Below are positions 35,162 to 49,902 of a stretch of DNA of 64,000 bases, one piece after another. The translations under genes were made by a program, and so were the position numbers. The stretch covers positions 24,552,001 to 24,616,000 of the forward strand of contig OZ320316.1 of the NCBI GenBank assembly GCA_976226885.1, given 5' to 3'. Source of the DNA: Iphione sp. A-MEVVRFRX5 (lineage: Eukaryota). Below the pieces are notes generated by a model. It ran no database searches. It saw nothing but the letters and a program-made list of their open reading frames with translations, and was not told where the DNA came from. Position 1 is the stretch's first letter; every line of letters starts with the position of its first letter.

Positions 35162-38100
35162 AGAGATTCATAGAAGGAAGGAAGGAAGATAGAAGTTTAA
35201 ACTGGGAGCCTATAAAACAAAAAGTATCGTGAGGTCTGCACCATGAAAGGGAGCAGTATTTCTGTCAGAATAGCACTCATATAAGAGAGATTGGGATGAT
35301 AGACACGGGAACGAAACCACCGCCTGAGGTGAGCATAATCCAAGATCAAAGCAGTAATGAAAGCAAGTAGAGGCTACTGGTACCAACTGTGTTAGGAGAG
35401 AAGGTCATGAGGTGAGACAATCTGACAGACATGCAGACAGGCAGACGGGGAAACACGGCTCAGGAAGACATGCACAAGATTTAGAGATAGATGGCTAGAC
35501 AGACAGACAGACAAACTGACAGCCAGACTGGTTTCAATTCAACATTGCTGGACGCACCCCATCCACATGGCTGTCCCTTTCCCAATCACTAACAAAATGG
35601 CGTTACCCCCCAAAGGAGGAATGCCGGTCAGAGATAAATTTCCAACCCGTTACATCCGACGCGTCCATGCACGTTAATGCCCAGTAGGGGACTCCACCAG
35701 TCACTCTCCGTGGTGAACGTGGCGAACGAGAAAAACTACGCGATACCAGTCGTGACAAACTGCTCTGGGACGCTGGCGCCATACTGAACGTCCGTCCGTG
35801 ACGCCATTTCCCACTGACAGAAGTAGAACATAGAGGGCGCCCCCAACCAGCCTCCTCGTCCGCTGATTGGTGGATTAATTTCCATGTCACTCGGCACGGT
35901 TTCCGTCTTTGTATACTGGTCGCATGTTTTACTGGTGATCAGTCGATATGTTTGTAGCGCTGCCAGTGGCATCTGTGTGAGGGGAAATGGCTGTCACCGA
36001 AACTGAGTAGTAGTATATACACACACTAGGGACTCGCTGTTCAGTTTCTATCTAATAATACGGCGACCACCGCCAAACACCAGGGGGATCTTCCATATCT
36101 TTCGGAGGCAGCTATCTCCATTTTAATGAATGGATGGTTCCATTAGTGGCAGGTAGAAAACAGCATTAAAAAAAAACGTAAACTATATGTTCGTGGCATA
36201 TTCACCAGGAGCGGAAGCAATTATTGGTTCATTCTTTTATTGTGATACAAGTAGGGGTCGTAGCTTTTAACTGGGGGAAGCCATTTTATGTCCATGACAG
36301 CAATTACGTTTCTTCCCTTCATTCCTCCACTTAGGTATCTATGTCTCTGTAGTATCAAATATATATCCACATAGACATAACTGATATTCATACAAGTCCA
36401 TGCATTTTGTTAGCTCGTTTATTTTACATCAACTATGTAAAGGAATGGCCAGAGGTATAAAAAAAACTCTGTGAAGCTTTTTTTACTTCCGAAAGTTCGT
36501 TATTTCTAGACTCCTTTTTAATTTCTCCTTCTACATTCACGTCGTCTTCATGCAAATCACATTGCATCGTGCTCTCTTCCTGGAATACTTTTTAATATTT
36601 TCTGTTCATACAGTTATCATTCGCATACCATCATCTACTTCGTTAAATACAAAAAAAACTCGCTTTTATAGTCCGCACCCGGTTCAAGGAGCTGCCAGCA
36701 GCTGTCAGCACCCGTTCCTCATTTTTGTCTCGATCAAATAGACCCCCCCCCAATCCTTTGGCGTACATACATCTTTCATAGGCGTTCACTGAGGAAAAGG
36801 CGGTGGGGGTGGGGAGGGTGGTGAGTAGTTGGTGGTCGGCGATGGACAAACTTGCAGTGGTGGCCCAAGTCGGTGTTTAGCTCAGGGAGGGCCAGCGCTA
36901 CAAAGGGGGTCCCCGAGGGAGAGCTAAGGCCAACAAAGGCAGAGCCTACGGTAACAACTTACGCCTGGAGCAAGAGCAGTCCTATAGGTGTACTGCCGAA
37001 GGTTGTCCCCCGTCTTACTGTGTCCTAAAATATACTTTGGTGACTGGAGCCTAAGACCATCAAACACTGGGGCTCAAGGCGACTACACGTCCACTTCTAC
37101 AGGAAGGACGTTCTGAGGAAGTATGACCAAAGAAGGTCCTGACCTTATTGTGTCGCCCATGTCTACAATTAACATTTGGCCAACACCAACAAAGAGTTGG
37201 CCTATAGCAAAAAGCAAAAGTCCCTGGAGCAGAATAAGTCCTAGTGTGTGTACAGATGAAGATGGTTCCATCTTCAATGTGCCTGCCATGTATACTACTA
37301 ACATTTAGCTAAGGCGAAGAAAGGCCTGGCTGCAGGACAAACCCAGCCTTGGGACCGACGCAGTTGCTCTGTATGAGGAGTAAAAAGGATCCTAGCCTTA
37401 AAGTGTCTATATATCAACGAGATTTCTTCCAAGATGTTGGGGCTGAAAAGACTTTTTTTGGGGTAGGGACAAGCGTCTAACTTTGGTGTAAAAGACCCTT
37501 GGTGGGCGAAGATTGAAATCCACGTTATCTGTAGGAACATTGTTGCTGTTTACCAGATTTATATTTCGAGGTTTAAATCAATGCATAACGGTATAAATTC
37601 GAGTGTCCTGAAGGGTTTGCCCTACGTTCATCTGCACTGTGGTAATTGGTCTCTCACTTATCACTTACCATCAGAGGTGGTCCGTTATCTTAATCTATCA
37701 CGAATTTTAATTAGACTCAGACTCAGTGATGTACACATTCCCTTGGTATGCATATATGTGGTGCAGTCCTACTGAAGCGTACCTAGCATATCACTGCATC
37801 ACAATGACCATCCAAACAGCACTGCATCAGCACACTAACAGCCTTCTAGGATAGCACTACAACACACAATACATCAAAACCTAGCTTGGTACAACACATC
37901 ACCAGCTGTTGAAAATATCTTCACTGGATAAATATTTTAACAAGACAGTAAAACTACTGTATGGAAAAAAATATTACTCAACCTAAGGAATTCATACTCC
38001 ATGAAATAGAGAAATAATCAGTATCCGGATTTTTCTTCGTTTGAAAGGATTTCTCACAATGTATGCAGTACTCAGCTGTTGGCATAACGTCAGAAAGAAC

Positions 38101-40048
38101 TAGGAAGCCTATTATAAGTGCATGAACTGCTGCGCAGCCTCCATTGCTTCTGATGCTTATTTCGAATATAACACTACCCAGTAGGGACGGGCGACACAGT
38201 TGAACACCACCCTGTTATGTGACACAAACGCATACATACACACAGACTTAAATCACCCCTCAGCCATCCATCATTCCGCCTGCAGTAATTGTGGCACCTC
38301 TATTGGGAGCGTCACTCCGTGGGAGACGGAGAGATCGTATTGCCAAGAAGATGATATTACATAGGGAGTAAAGGGGGGCGGGGAAGAAGTGGTGGACGGA
38401 TCGCTCGCAAGATTTGAAAAATGTACAGCGTAAAGAAGTAGAGAGCTGTATAGGAAGCAGAAAAAGAATACACAGAGAGAGAAAACGAAAAATAAAAGGA
38501 CAGTCTGTAAAAGAGAGCAACAGAAAGAGAGATATATAGAATTAAGGTCATCTCAGGAGAATAAGTGTATCAACATAACTGGTGCAGCGCCTTTATGTGT
38601 TTATATATACATGTATATGTATACATAAATATAGAAACATATGCGACTCTATAATCAGGCATGGGCATGAGTGTGTACATGAGTGTGTGCCTGTAGGGGT
38701 GCATTCTGACACCCACCGCACCACCATATGCTTCGCCGCTTGGCGTCGCCACTGAAGTATGAGGGTTTGGTTAGGTCGGTTGCTGATCTGATTTGCATAT
38801 CTCGTTCTCGCGCAGACGCCACGTGACAAATGACGGCTTTGATCCCCACGTAACGCATTGCGTCCCACAAGATGTCGCGACGAGGGTTGATAATTAGCTC
38901 TCCGACCACGTTCTCACAGTATCTAGGCGGCGTGAGGCAGAGAAGGGTGGTTTGTAGTGGAATGAGGCGCAGTTTCGAATGTGTGCTCTGAGACGAGGAG
39001 TGATCACGATGGGCCAGCCTTCAGCCAGCAAAAGGATCGGGCTGGTAGCAGGTGTGGGGATGTGAGGAGCAGTACCGAGCAATAACGAGCAGGTCAGGAG
39101 GTAGAAGCTGGGCTGGAGGGTGGGGATGGGAGTAGTACGTAGCAGCTAGGGAGCCTGGGGAAGTTGGGGAGGACGCCACATGGGGGGGGGAGATTAAGAC
39201 ATATTAGACTGATGGTGGCAGATGATTGAAAAAGGTGAATATGATTTACATACAAAGAACGAATACTGACAGAAATTTTACGAGTATGGTTGCTGAGTAC
39301 ATAGAAGACAAAGACATCTAAATTGCTGCGTCAAAACGAGATTTTCCGTTATCTATCATTGTGACACATACTGCTATGTGCAGTATTCATGAAAAGATTT
39401 AGGTCAGTTTCAGGAGGACGAAAAAGAAGAACAAGAACAAGAAGAACAAGCAGAAGACGGATTAAAAACAGAATGAAGAGAAGCGGACAGAAAAGGATAG
39501 AGAATGAGTCAAAGTCCACGACAGATAAAGAGGAATAAAGCAGCAAACAAAGTTAGCAAACGGACAGAGATGAGAGATCAAAAAGGAAGCAAAACCGTGA
39601 AACTGGAGACGAGGTACTTTTCGTCAAGTTTTTCGTGATAACAAGTATGCCTTTCGTTCACTTCGTCTTGAATGACGGGCAAGAAAAGTGGATTCAAACC
39701 AATCTGCCCGATTGGCTGATGAAAGGGTTTTCAACCCAACACAAAATTACAAAATTAGGAATAATTCAAATTGACACTTAAGCGGACGCTCCCCCCTCCC
39801 CCCGAATTCATAATGCCTCTATTAACATAAAGACCACTCGGCGACCAATTTAGTCACTGCGAATATGAGAAAAACGTGTTACGATGATCAATCGTCAGAT
39901 GGAGACACAGTGGGTCTTTCAACGACCACAATAACAAGTGGTGGGCGTCTTGAAGTCTGACGGATACATGTTACTACGTCAGGTTCATGTTGCGGGGATC
40001 ACGACCAGGTGATTCAGAAATCCATACAGCACTTTGTGGCGTTCTTAT

Positions 40049-40049
<1 letters not shown>

Positions 40050-40086
<37 letters not shown>
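40050..40086. repeat. (GT)n microsatellite
   Basis: Directly visible. Confidence 0.97.
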
Positions 40087-40088
<2 letters not shown>

Positions 40089-41675
40089 GGGGGGGCACCA
40101 TGCGGGTCATCTTAGGCCGGCTCATTGTCCTATCGATGGGAGGCTTGGGTGTCGTGTTTTAAGTTCAGTGGTGTTTTAACTGCTCGAGTCAATGAAGCAG
40201 TTCCTAGTTACACACCTTTGCTTAATGGTAAAAAGTCATCTGTAATGGATGCTTCACTGACAGGTCAAAGCGGTTTCTGTTGGCCAGTTTGAGCGCATTT
40301 GAGCAAACGGAAGTTAATTGAAAGTTGCCAGTAGCTAGTCTTCTACAGATGTTGTCTATTCACTGCGACTTGTGGGAGAACAAGATGCATTCATTGACCA
40401 AAATGCGAAACCAAGTGATACAAAGAAACAAAACAAATATGACCACTCTCCTCGCAGAGCTTGTCCCCCAGTTTCTTGCTGTATCTATCATTTACTAGGA
40501 TCTACCGTACATTTATCGACAACCGTAAGTGAAATTCTACCAAGAACCACAGTTTGAGCAGTAGCGAGTCGTTCAGAGCAATTCCAAGCAATCTTGACGA
40601 ATGGTGAGAACGAGTACGCCTGAGCGACTGCGCTCACCGGCCAAGCTTCCCAGGGCCATTCAGACAAATTTCAGTGGGTTTCGGGATTGCGTGGGGGGGG
40701 GGGAGTTGGGCGGGAGTAGCAGATTTTCGACCTGAGTCGCTGCGAGCACATTGGTGCGGCTCCGATGGTGAGAGGTAGGGCGGGAAAGACGGCGCAGCGG
40801 GGCGGCAGATGGACCCGGGCGGACGCGGGAACTGGGAATTAATCGGGTGTGAAGCGAATCTAGCCACGCGACTAGGGCTACTGATGCAGTTAGAAAATTG
40901 ACCGGCTGATCCGCTCTAAGATCATGCGAACACAGGGACGCAACAATGCTGAAGGGCCTGACTTACGTTGAATCGTAACCGTAGGACGGTAGAATCGACT
41001 TGGAGGTTAGACGGTACGTATCTCTTTAGTAAAAATGTTTTCGGACAGTGATTAACAGACTGGATTTGTAACAATTTATCGCTGTGTTCCCTCGCTAGGG
41101 TTTTTAAAAAAATAATTATGAGAGACATTCCTCCCACACATTTTATACGTTTGGTGCTTGGTTGTATAGACCAGGTACAGGTTTAAGCTATTAGATACAA
41201 TACAGTGGATAGAGCATGGTGACCGCTCCAGATGATCCTGAAGGACCGTCCCCCAAAGGTTATATGAATATCAGGATAAATAAAATTACGAAAAAAAATA
41301 TACATTCATCGATATACTATCACTTTAATAAGATCCTTCCTGAAGGTTGGATGGGGGTGACGATGTATGGTCAGTGAGGATGAAGAGTTTGCGCATCCTC
41401 CTCAAAATACCTGATATGTACTGGGCACTTGATAGCGTATGGCGCTCGATACCATATGGTGCCAAAGATCTCCCCCTTCACTGAACATGGCAGTGATCCT
41501 TGGCAGCATTGGGGAGCAAAACCTAATACAGACCAGAAGCCGTGGAGGTCGATTCTGCCAGCTGGGCCTTAGGTAATCAGTTTAGAGGACCGTGGACCCG
41601 ATTCCGGCAACCACTTGATCCAATTCGACCAAGGGTTTGGGTGGGATACCCTTGGTGAAACTTAGTGTGTTGCCA

Positions 41676-41727
41676 AGGAGGAGGAGGAGGAGGAGGAGGA
41701 GGAGGAGGAGGAGGAGGAGGAGGAGGA
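41676..41727. repeat. (AGG)n microsatellite
   Basis: Directly visible. Confidence 0.97.
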
Positions 41728-42923
41728 GAGGCTGTTTGATCATTTCTCAAGGTTATTCTTCTGTAAATTACATTCCATGATACATACCGGTCCACATTTT
41801 AAGGTATGTGATTTCGTTATTAATTTATGGATTGGATCTTTTTAGGATAAACTGTGTTAGTTTCTTTCTTAGTTTCCGTTTTTCATCAACCAGAATAAGG
41901 GTTTATATATTCGCTTATGTGTTTCGGGACTACGCAGTGGGGCCATCCGTTGAGACAACAATGATAAATGATAGAGATAGTGTAGTAGGAACCTATCTAT
42001 GTTTGCATTTATTTGCGGGAGGGGGGAGGAGTGAAGAGAAGGAGGCTGATCATCGTGATAAGAGAAGGGGGACCTAATATCTATCTTTAAACCTTTCAGA
42101 GTCGAGGTGAACAATGTTATCTCTCGTCCACGCTCTTACGTTCCCCGTAAATACAAAAATCCTTTCTCAGTCATTCTAAAAGTATGCACACTGTTACACG
42201 TTATACACATCCAGCCGTACAGGCAGAGAGCATTGTGTGTGTTTCAATAGTGAATCTCATAAGATAGGCTATACATGTATTTCTTAACTTGTGATATATA
42301 CAGGTACTCAGTTTCTCTGAATACCCTACACATTGCCCTATTTACACACATCGTGGTAAAACGGATAAGACTATACGTTTTACCGCAGGCAACCTTACCT
42401 ATAAGCTCCATAAAACAACTATTTTCATAGTGATCATACCCTCTAGGTTTGCAGCATGCCACCAAAGGTCAACGTTCATTCATCAGACAGAAAAGCAACT
42501 ACAATGCCTCTCTGGCTACAAAAACCTTTTTTCTTCTTTTAGGCGCTGGTGAAGTGCAGCTTCAAATAAGATGCAGGTTCATAACGATGGTAGGGTTATC
42601 ATAGTAGTCAATTATAACTATCATGGGGTCATGACCCCTGTGAGCAGGCCATCGTTTTGTCTAATGTTGCGCAGGTGTTAGGCGACTGCAGCTGCATTAT
42701 CAGTCTGATAGTAGCCAGGTGGCTACTGACAGTTAAGGGACAAAGCTAGCATCAGTCTATTAGCAGCTGCAGATGTTTACTGATGTTACACTGATGGGAT
42801 ACCGATATCATGTTTTCTTTTCAGACTAGAGATTAACTGAAAGATATAATTCTTTTCAGAAGGAGATACAGATTGTTATAAAAGCAAACGATGAATAGGG
42901 GTGATTGACCCTTAGGTGTCGTT

Positions 42924-43212
42924 CAGATGTATCCATAGAAAATAAAGGTCTACGGGTCCGGAGACGTAAAATCCCCCCTGCTGATCCATTTTTTATTGCC
43001 CCCATATGCATACTAGATGTTCTCCAACATTGTTTCCTATAGGAAACGGATGGGTGTCCATAAAAAAAAGTCACAGACGGTTCTGAAAATGTCTACGGAT
43101 CCGTATCCATTTTGAAACGGATGCATGTGAACATTTTAGTTATAATGCTACGAGCTGGATAAAAAAAACATCTACGGACCCGTAGCCGTTTGAAAAAATA
43201 TGGATACATGTG
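42924..43212. mobile_element. Palindromic MITE-like element with imperfect ~45-bp terminal inverted repeats
   Basis: Left CAGATGTATCCATA..GGTCTACGGGTCCGGAGACGT vs right (reverse complement) CACATGTATCCATA..GGCTACGGGTCCGTAGATGT; internal ACGGATCCGT/AACGGATG subrepeats. Confidence 0.55.
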
Positions 43213-45144
43213 TACACCGCCTTACTTATTCCCCTGATTATTCAATATTTTCCAACAAGGTGTGTTACAATACTACGATTTCTCAAATCGGACACAACAG
43301 AAGAATGGTACAGGGAGCGCGCCTGGCGACAATTCAACCATGTGTCTCCGTCCCAAAACGCACAACGGAACCACCATTAAATATTCACCTGGGGACCAAT
43401 GCGGCCCTTACAGACTGTATGGTACTCAGAGGGAGGGAGGGCGTTTGTGCTGGATGGTATGCCTGGCGAAGAAACAAAAGAAGGCCTACCGGGAAACACC
43501 GGGAATTAGATTCTGGTCAGAACGACGGCCATGTTTTTACGGTCACGTGCTTACTGTGTCAATCACCTCTGGTTGCAGCTCTCTCGGTCTGTCTAAATAC
43601 TTGACATTTCCTCCGTCTATAGTTTGTTCCTTGTATATTTTAGACTCGGTTAGTATTTATAGGTGTGTGTTTATGCGTGGTAATTTGTCTAGGTGTGAGC
43701 ATGAATGTACGAATGTATGTATGTATTTATGTATGTGCAGATGTATCCGTGTATCTATCGCTCTTCTACGTCTTCCATGAAGCTGCTTACGTGTATCTCC
43801 AGTTCAGGGAACAATATTGTATTTCCATCCGTATTTCACTCTCAACATCGATATATTGCTTTTTTCCCTGTCTCAGTTACTTACTTCTGCTATTTGTGTT
43901 CGTGTGTGTCTTTCCGTTTGTTTTCTGGCCACTAGGATTCAAGACCGGCTCCCTCTAGAATTACATTTATGCCAGTGCCTTTTTGCCCCCATCAAGCTGG
44001 CTGCATATCTGCCTGTCTCATTTCCTGTTTGTTTGTTTGTTTTTCTTTACCATGAAAGGTGTTCTTCGGTAAAACCAAAATGCCATATTTATTGCCTTCG
44101 TCTTGTAAAACACATGATTACGAACTTAGTTCCTGAGATCATAATTTGAAAAGAAAATATTACAGTTTGACGGCGTGTCGGATGACAGAAGTCTCCTGGT
44201 CAAATCCAAACGACGCAAAAACTTCCAGCATCCCTACTAATGGCAACAAAATAAAAGCATAAAATGTCACAGACCACCTGCCTCCTAGGCCAAGCAGCTC
44301 TAGAAAAACACAGACTCTCTACTGTCAGGACCGGGTCCTTCAGGTTGATCACATAACCTGGAGTGAGACAGGTGTTCTCCTGAAAGCAAATACATGTCTG
44401 CAGGTTTGTGCGTAGACAGGGTCAAAACCAAAGAAAAATTGGTACGAAATATCAACTCGTTTCATTCTCGATTGTAGTTGGCATAATATGGAGTGAAGAG
44501 AATTATGGAAAAATGAACGCAACTTTTTTCATAGATTATTTTTTATCAATTCTAATGTAATATCGTGTAACCCCAATATGTTCTAAAAACACATATATGT
44601 GGAACCTATCCACCTTTAACACAAGGGGGGGACTTGGTGGTTGTGCCCGAAGTAGGGGGTGTTTGCATTAGACATTAAACATTAAATAGGGCGTTTTTGT
44701 GCCTTTATGTCCATACAGATGGGCTGTCCGCTGTGTCTGGTTGCCCATTAGCAAGAGTTCCTCTATACATGTATATATAATGGACGTGGACTCGGGCAAT
44801 CAAATTTTCCTCTCTTTGATGATATGCATCGAGACATACAGCTTTGATTCGGTTCCATTCTTAATTTAATAAACACAGACGCACACTATTTCTTGTTTAT
44901 AGAAGATCCCCTGTTCCACGGCCAGACATATTCTGCTAAATCCCTGGTGTGATTGAATTTAGTGAAGCGTTGTTCAAAAGTCAGTTCTGCCAAACTCAAG
45001 GTCTACCCTGTGTCTGTTTTCTCAAGGTATTCATTGTGACACTCGTTTTCCAACCTGTCCGATCCTGGAAGCTTCACGGCTTTATAAACAATTTATCTTT
45101 ACATAATTAAGTACACACATATTATGGCTGAAATGACTCTAACA

Positions 45145-45146
<2 letters not shown>

Positions 45147-45207
<61 letters not shown>
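45147..45207. repeat. (GA)n microsatellite
   Basis: Directly visible. Confidence 0.97.
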
Positions 45208-45208
<1 letters not shown>

Positions 45209-48200
45209 ACGTTATTGAGAGCAACTCCAGATCGAGCAATATCTGGATAGAGCGAGCTGCTCCCTGTATGCCATCCCCGCATACTGAATGGGACCATCCA
45301 GCATCGCTCGCTGGAGCCATTGTGCAATACAATTAAGAGCCCATTGTTTGTCATATCCTCTTCCAGCGTGGCTGGGGAATGAGGACCGACCCGGGGGGGA
45401 GGGGGGGGGGGGTTCTATCGGACGTGCGGTCGTGGGTTTGGGGTGTTTGAGTGTGTGTGTGTGTGAGTGTGTGTGGAGGGGGGAGGCGATCTATATCCGC
45501 TAACTGTGTTAGAGCTGCTATATGAGGGAGCGTCCTCGATTACCGCAGTGTAAAAGCGCTATCGGAGAGGCAAACTCACATGAGCGGACGATAAGGAGAT
45601 CAATACCTCCCCCCACTGATGCCAGTGTGTCTGCATAAAACAATTAAATATGCTGATAGCCACCCAGCTGATGACAAAAATAGGCAAGGGGGGAAGGAAA
45701 TACCTCCGCCTGTAGGAGGAGGGGAGGGGGGGCTGCAAGATGGGCTTTTATATGCATACAATGTTGCCAGCCGTCCGGGGGAAGGCGCCAAACAAAAGGG
45801 GACTTAAAAAACGGCAATGGGGGGATTTCTGTCAAAATAAATCTGAATCAGTCGCCACTAATGACTGAGCTGGTCCCTAGTCTGCTCACAAAGGGCATTA
45901 TAACCAGCTCGTCGCCAACCAGCTCAGTCCCTCTGCTGTTGTCCGGCGCGGGCCTGTGGTGTTTCAGGTCTGAGACGTCTGGGTACTAAGCGTCGCCATC
46001 CTACCCTGAAGGGATAACGGGGCCTCGTGGTGGGTATCCTGAACAACCGGTCTGAGGTCGAGAGTGGCTGGGATATAAAGACAGGTGATAAGCGACGCTG
46101 TGCAGCGAAGGTCGCCCAGCCATCAGCATCTCCATACTCTCTACCAAGAGGGTTCTGTGGAGACAGTGTTTGCCAGGGAGTCCGTATTTGCCTGCCGTTA
46201 TGCTCGAAGTACTGACAGACCTTGTTTGTATAATCTCCCTTCGTCTGTACGTCATCCTCTCTCCCTCACACTGTGGGTAACATCCTAGCACGTCCCAATG
46301 TCACACATGCTTTTTATCAAACCTTCCTTCTAATATACTGGTGACCTGGACACTCATATGCTTCTCTGGCATAGTCAGCGTGCCTAGTATGCGTATAGGT
46401 ACTTCATACGTTCTCCTCCTCCCTTGCGTGTCCCTCTCTCTCACCTGCTCTAATATGGAACCCTCGACGGCCCTTTCGCACTCTCTTTATATTACAACCT
46501 TCTTTGGGGTTCCCTTGTTTCTTCTCACCCTCCTTGACTCAACCTCCGGTCTTTCCATTCCGTTGGCTTGTTTCCTTGTTGCATTAGTTTGTGCCCAGCT
46601 GATTGTGTGTCTGGCTCTGGTCCCTCCCCTCTGCTAGATTTATCGACCCTCGTGTCTCAAACATGCTCCCTCCCTATCCTCTCGTCCTCCTATTTCTCCC
46701 CCTTTCGGAATGCTTTGTCCGATTATTAACTTATTATTCCCTGCTTCCCTTCACACTCTCCCTTTGTACCTTTCCTCCACGGTTACTCCCATTCGTACCC
46801 CTTTTCCCAGTTTCCCCTTCTGTTTCCTTCTATCTCCTCTCCTTTCTCTCCCTTCACCCTCTCTCTTTGCCTCTTTCCCTCCTTCTGTCCCTCCTTCTTT
46901 CCTCTTTCGTCTTCCCCACCCGCCCGATGATTCCAACCTCCCGGTCTGTGCTCAGCCTGATGGAGCATTTTTATGGGCAAAGGACGTGGAATCGATAAGG
47001 GTAAGTGTAATGCAGCCAGTTCAAGGCGCAATGGTCAGTAGCTAGGCTGGAGGACTGATGTAGGGCTTACTACTGTCGCATCGCTGGCTCCGACCAACCG
47101 GCCAAGGCATTTCTTCTCTCCTTCTTTAATCCTATATCGATTTCATCTTCTTTATTCCCGGTTTTCTTGGTTTTATTACTGCTGTCCGTGTATCCTGTTT
47201 TTTATGGACCTCTTACCTCCCGGCCTCGTCATGTATGGGGAGGGTTCTGCGAACTTATGTATTTTTAAAAATCCCCTTCATTTTTCTCTCCTTTACCCCA
47301 AGGCTTTCTTACTTTTGCCTCAATATTACTACTGCTCGCTCTGTATCAGTTTATACTACTCGCGCTCACTTTCTCAAACTCTCTCATTTTCTCAAACTCT
47401 GTAATTTTCCCTCTCTATTTACGATCGCCGGCACATTTTATAATACATGTATGAATCTCCGTCCTCCGTGACCTCCTACAAAGAGTCGAGCTGATGTCCT
47501 CATTTCCCCTCACCGCTTCTCTCGGACAGTCACGCGAGACGAGCGTTGTTCTGAGTGTGAAAAGCTCGGTGGATCCAGAAAGTGCCACACCCTGGCCCTG
47601 TGCATGTCTCGCCCGGCCGAGAGCCAGCTCCCTACGTCTGTCAGACACTCCTTTAGCGTTTCACCCTTGGCCTTCGGTAATCAGTAAAACGTCAGCGACC
47701 GAGAGCTGGCCAGAGCATACTAATCAGCTTTGTGGCGCTTGGGGATGAGCCAGGGTGAGAAGGAGAAGGCCGACAAGGACGCCTTGTGGTCTGGGGCAAG
47801 CACAGTAGGAGTGGGGGGGGGGCAGACTAAAGGCCAAAATAGAGAGCGTGGGGTCTGGGGGTTTGCCCAGAGACTATAGCGACGGGCCAAACGTTGGCAT
47901 AGGGAATATCGTTAATGGTAATGGGTAGTCAGTACCATTGACGAGTAGAGGGTTGTGTAATGGGAATTGGAGGTTATTAAAGATGTGTTCGGTGGTGAAT
48001 GGTAGTGGTATGTTTTGGAGATGGTGATACTGGTGGTATGATACCTTCTACCATACCACAGTGGTGAATAGCGGGTAGTGGGTTGTGGTGGGGGGGTTTT
48101 CGATGGGTGACATTAAGGTAATATTGGCGCGAATGAGGGTAACAAATGGCATGACTATGGAGGCTGTAACATTATGTGCTACGATGAGTGTCCTGGCCCT

Positions 48201-49865
48201 TGAGATGGATAGGCAAGGGTCAGACAACGGTGGCTGGGGACAAAAGGCAGGAAAGACAAACCAAATAGATAGGAAAGGTCCCAAGACTGAGCAGACCTTA
48301 ATGTGATGAAACCAGCTAAAGGTCAAAGGTTAGCTGAGGAGAGGGTGGGAGGTTACCGAGACGGTGGGAGATTTAGATAGAGGATGGGAGGTTACGTAGG
48401 GATGAAGGCAAGGGAAAGACTTGGAGGTTAAGAAAAGTGAATGGAGGTTAGGGAATGAAAGAGAACGTAAAGAAGAAGGTGAGAGACTGAGTATAGGGAA
48501 TGCTAGTGAACAGTTGAGAGGCTAGGAAGACGAGAGAGACAAACGGTTATATAGAACACACGAGGTTAAGCCGAGAAAAAAAGCACAAGATGAGTGGTTG
48601 GAGGTTTTAGGGGAAGTGATAGGTCAAAACGAGTATTTCTATGTTGAAAAACTGAAAGGTAAGTAGGTCGGTAGTTTCTTTTTTCATCGAACACAAAAGT
48701 CACCGTGAAAAGGTTTGACAGTAATTTCCGAGTACTATCGTTCCACTGCTTAGATGTTAATAAATGTAATATATGAAAATTAAGACCATCGATCAGGTGT
48801 AAAAATGATGCATTGGGTAATCTCTATTCTAAATCATTCTGAAGATATTCACAAAACAAGATAGATACCATTAAGGCAAAAATTAGGGTCGGTTGAAAAC
48901 ACAAATGTTTTTAGTACACCTTAGGGAGACAATAAGCATGATGGGACAGGGAGGGTGTAATACTAAGCATAGGATGGAAAGTTGGCGGGACAGTTCAGAG
49001 GAAATGCTAGCACAGCAGTCCATACTGCGTCGTCGACTGAGGACTGGGGAGGAACGCCGAATATGCAGTTATGTTGAGATGGGCACAGTAAAAAAAGAAG
49101 AATGGGATAGACTCGAGCGAAGAAAGGACGGGAGATAAGTTTAAGATATGCGGATAAAAAAAACAAAGGATTACGGGAGAACTGAGCCAACGGGCATGAG
49201 GAGAATGGAGTGGCGAGGTAGAACAGGCTGTACATAAGACTGGGTAGTAGGCGGTATCGAGGATAGGAAGTGAAGGGGATTAGTGGGTGAGAGAGGCTTA
49301 GTATACTTATCCACCAGCAATGACGGAACAACCACGATCAGTTAATACTTTATATATCTAACTCAGCAACTGCCTACTGGCTGCGCAGAACTTGTATACC
49401 ATAGGTGATATATGCCATAGACAGGGGACGACCCCAGATAATTAGTGAACTGTCAAGCTGTCAGACGTCCTGATATAATCTGAAACGTTGCCTGAAGTGT
49501 AACATAACTGACGCTCCAACAAGCTAATATTTTCCCTGATTTGGTTGTGGAATTGTGGAAAACTACCACAGAATAGAAACCAATGCTGCAGTTGTACGGG
49601 GTAAATTAGTAAAAGACTATGATAACTATAAAGGAACCCGTAAGCCGCAATGCAGGAGAGAGCAAAGATATGAACATATAGTCAGGACGAGGAGTTCTTG
49701 GTTATGAACAAAGGCAGAACCTCTGAAGGAGACGGACATGCTCTGAACAGTCTCATAACAGCAGTGTTAAGTGTGGCAGGAGAGTTTATTTGTTAGAGAG
49801 GCCAGACAGAGAGGGTCAAAGGTGGGAGGCGGTGGCACGAGAGCCACGCCCCAAGAGCAGGAGGC

Positions 49866-49867
<2 letters not shown>

Positions 49868-49900
<33 letters not shown>
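49868..49900. repeat. (GA)n microsatellite
   Basis: Directly visible. Confidence 0.97.

Positions 49901-49902
<2 letters not shown>

Noticed and set aside
35603-35972. GC-balanced, coding-looking segment
   Set aside because: All six frames contain stops or lack recognisable motifs; no clean exon boundaries.
36780-37560. Possible DIRS-like RT/RNase H remnant
   Set aside because: No diagnostic motif recoverable by eye.
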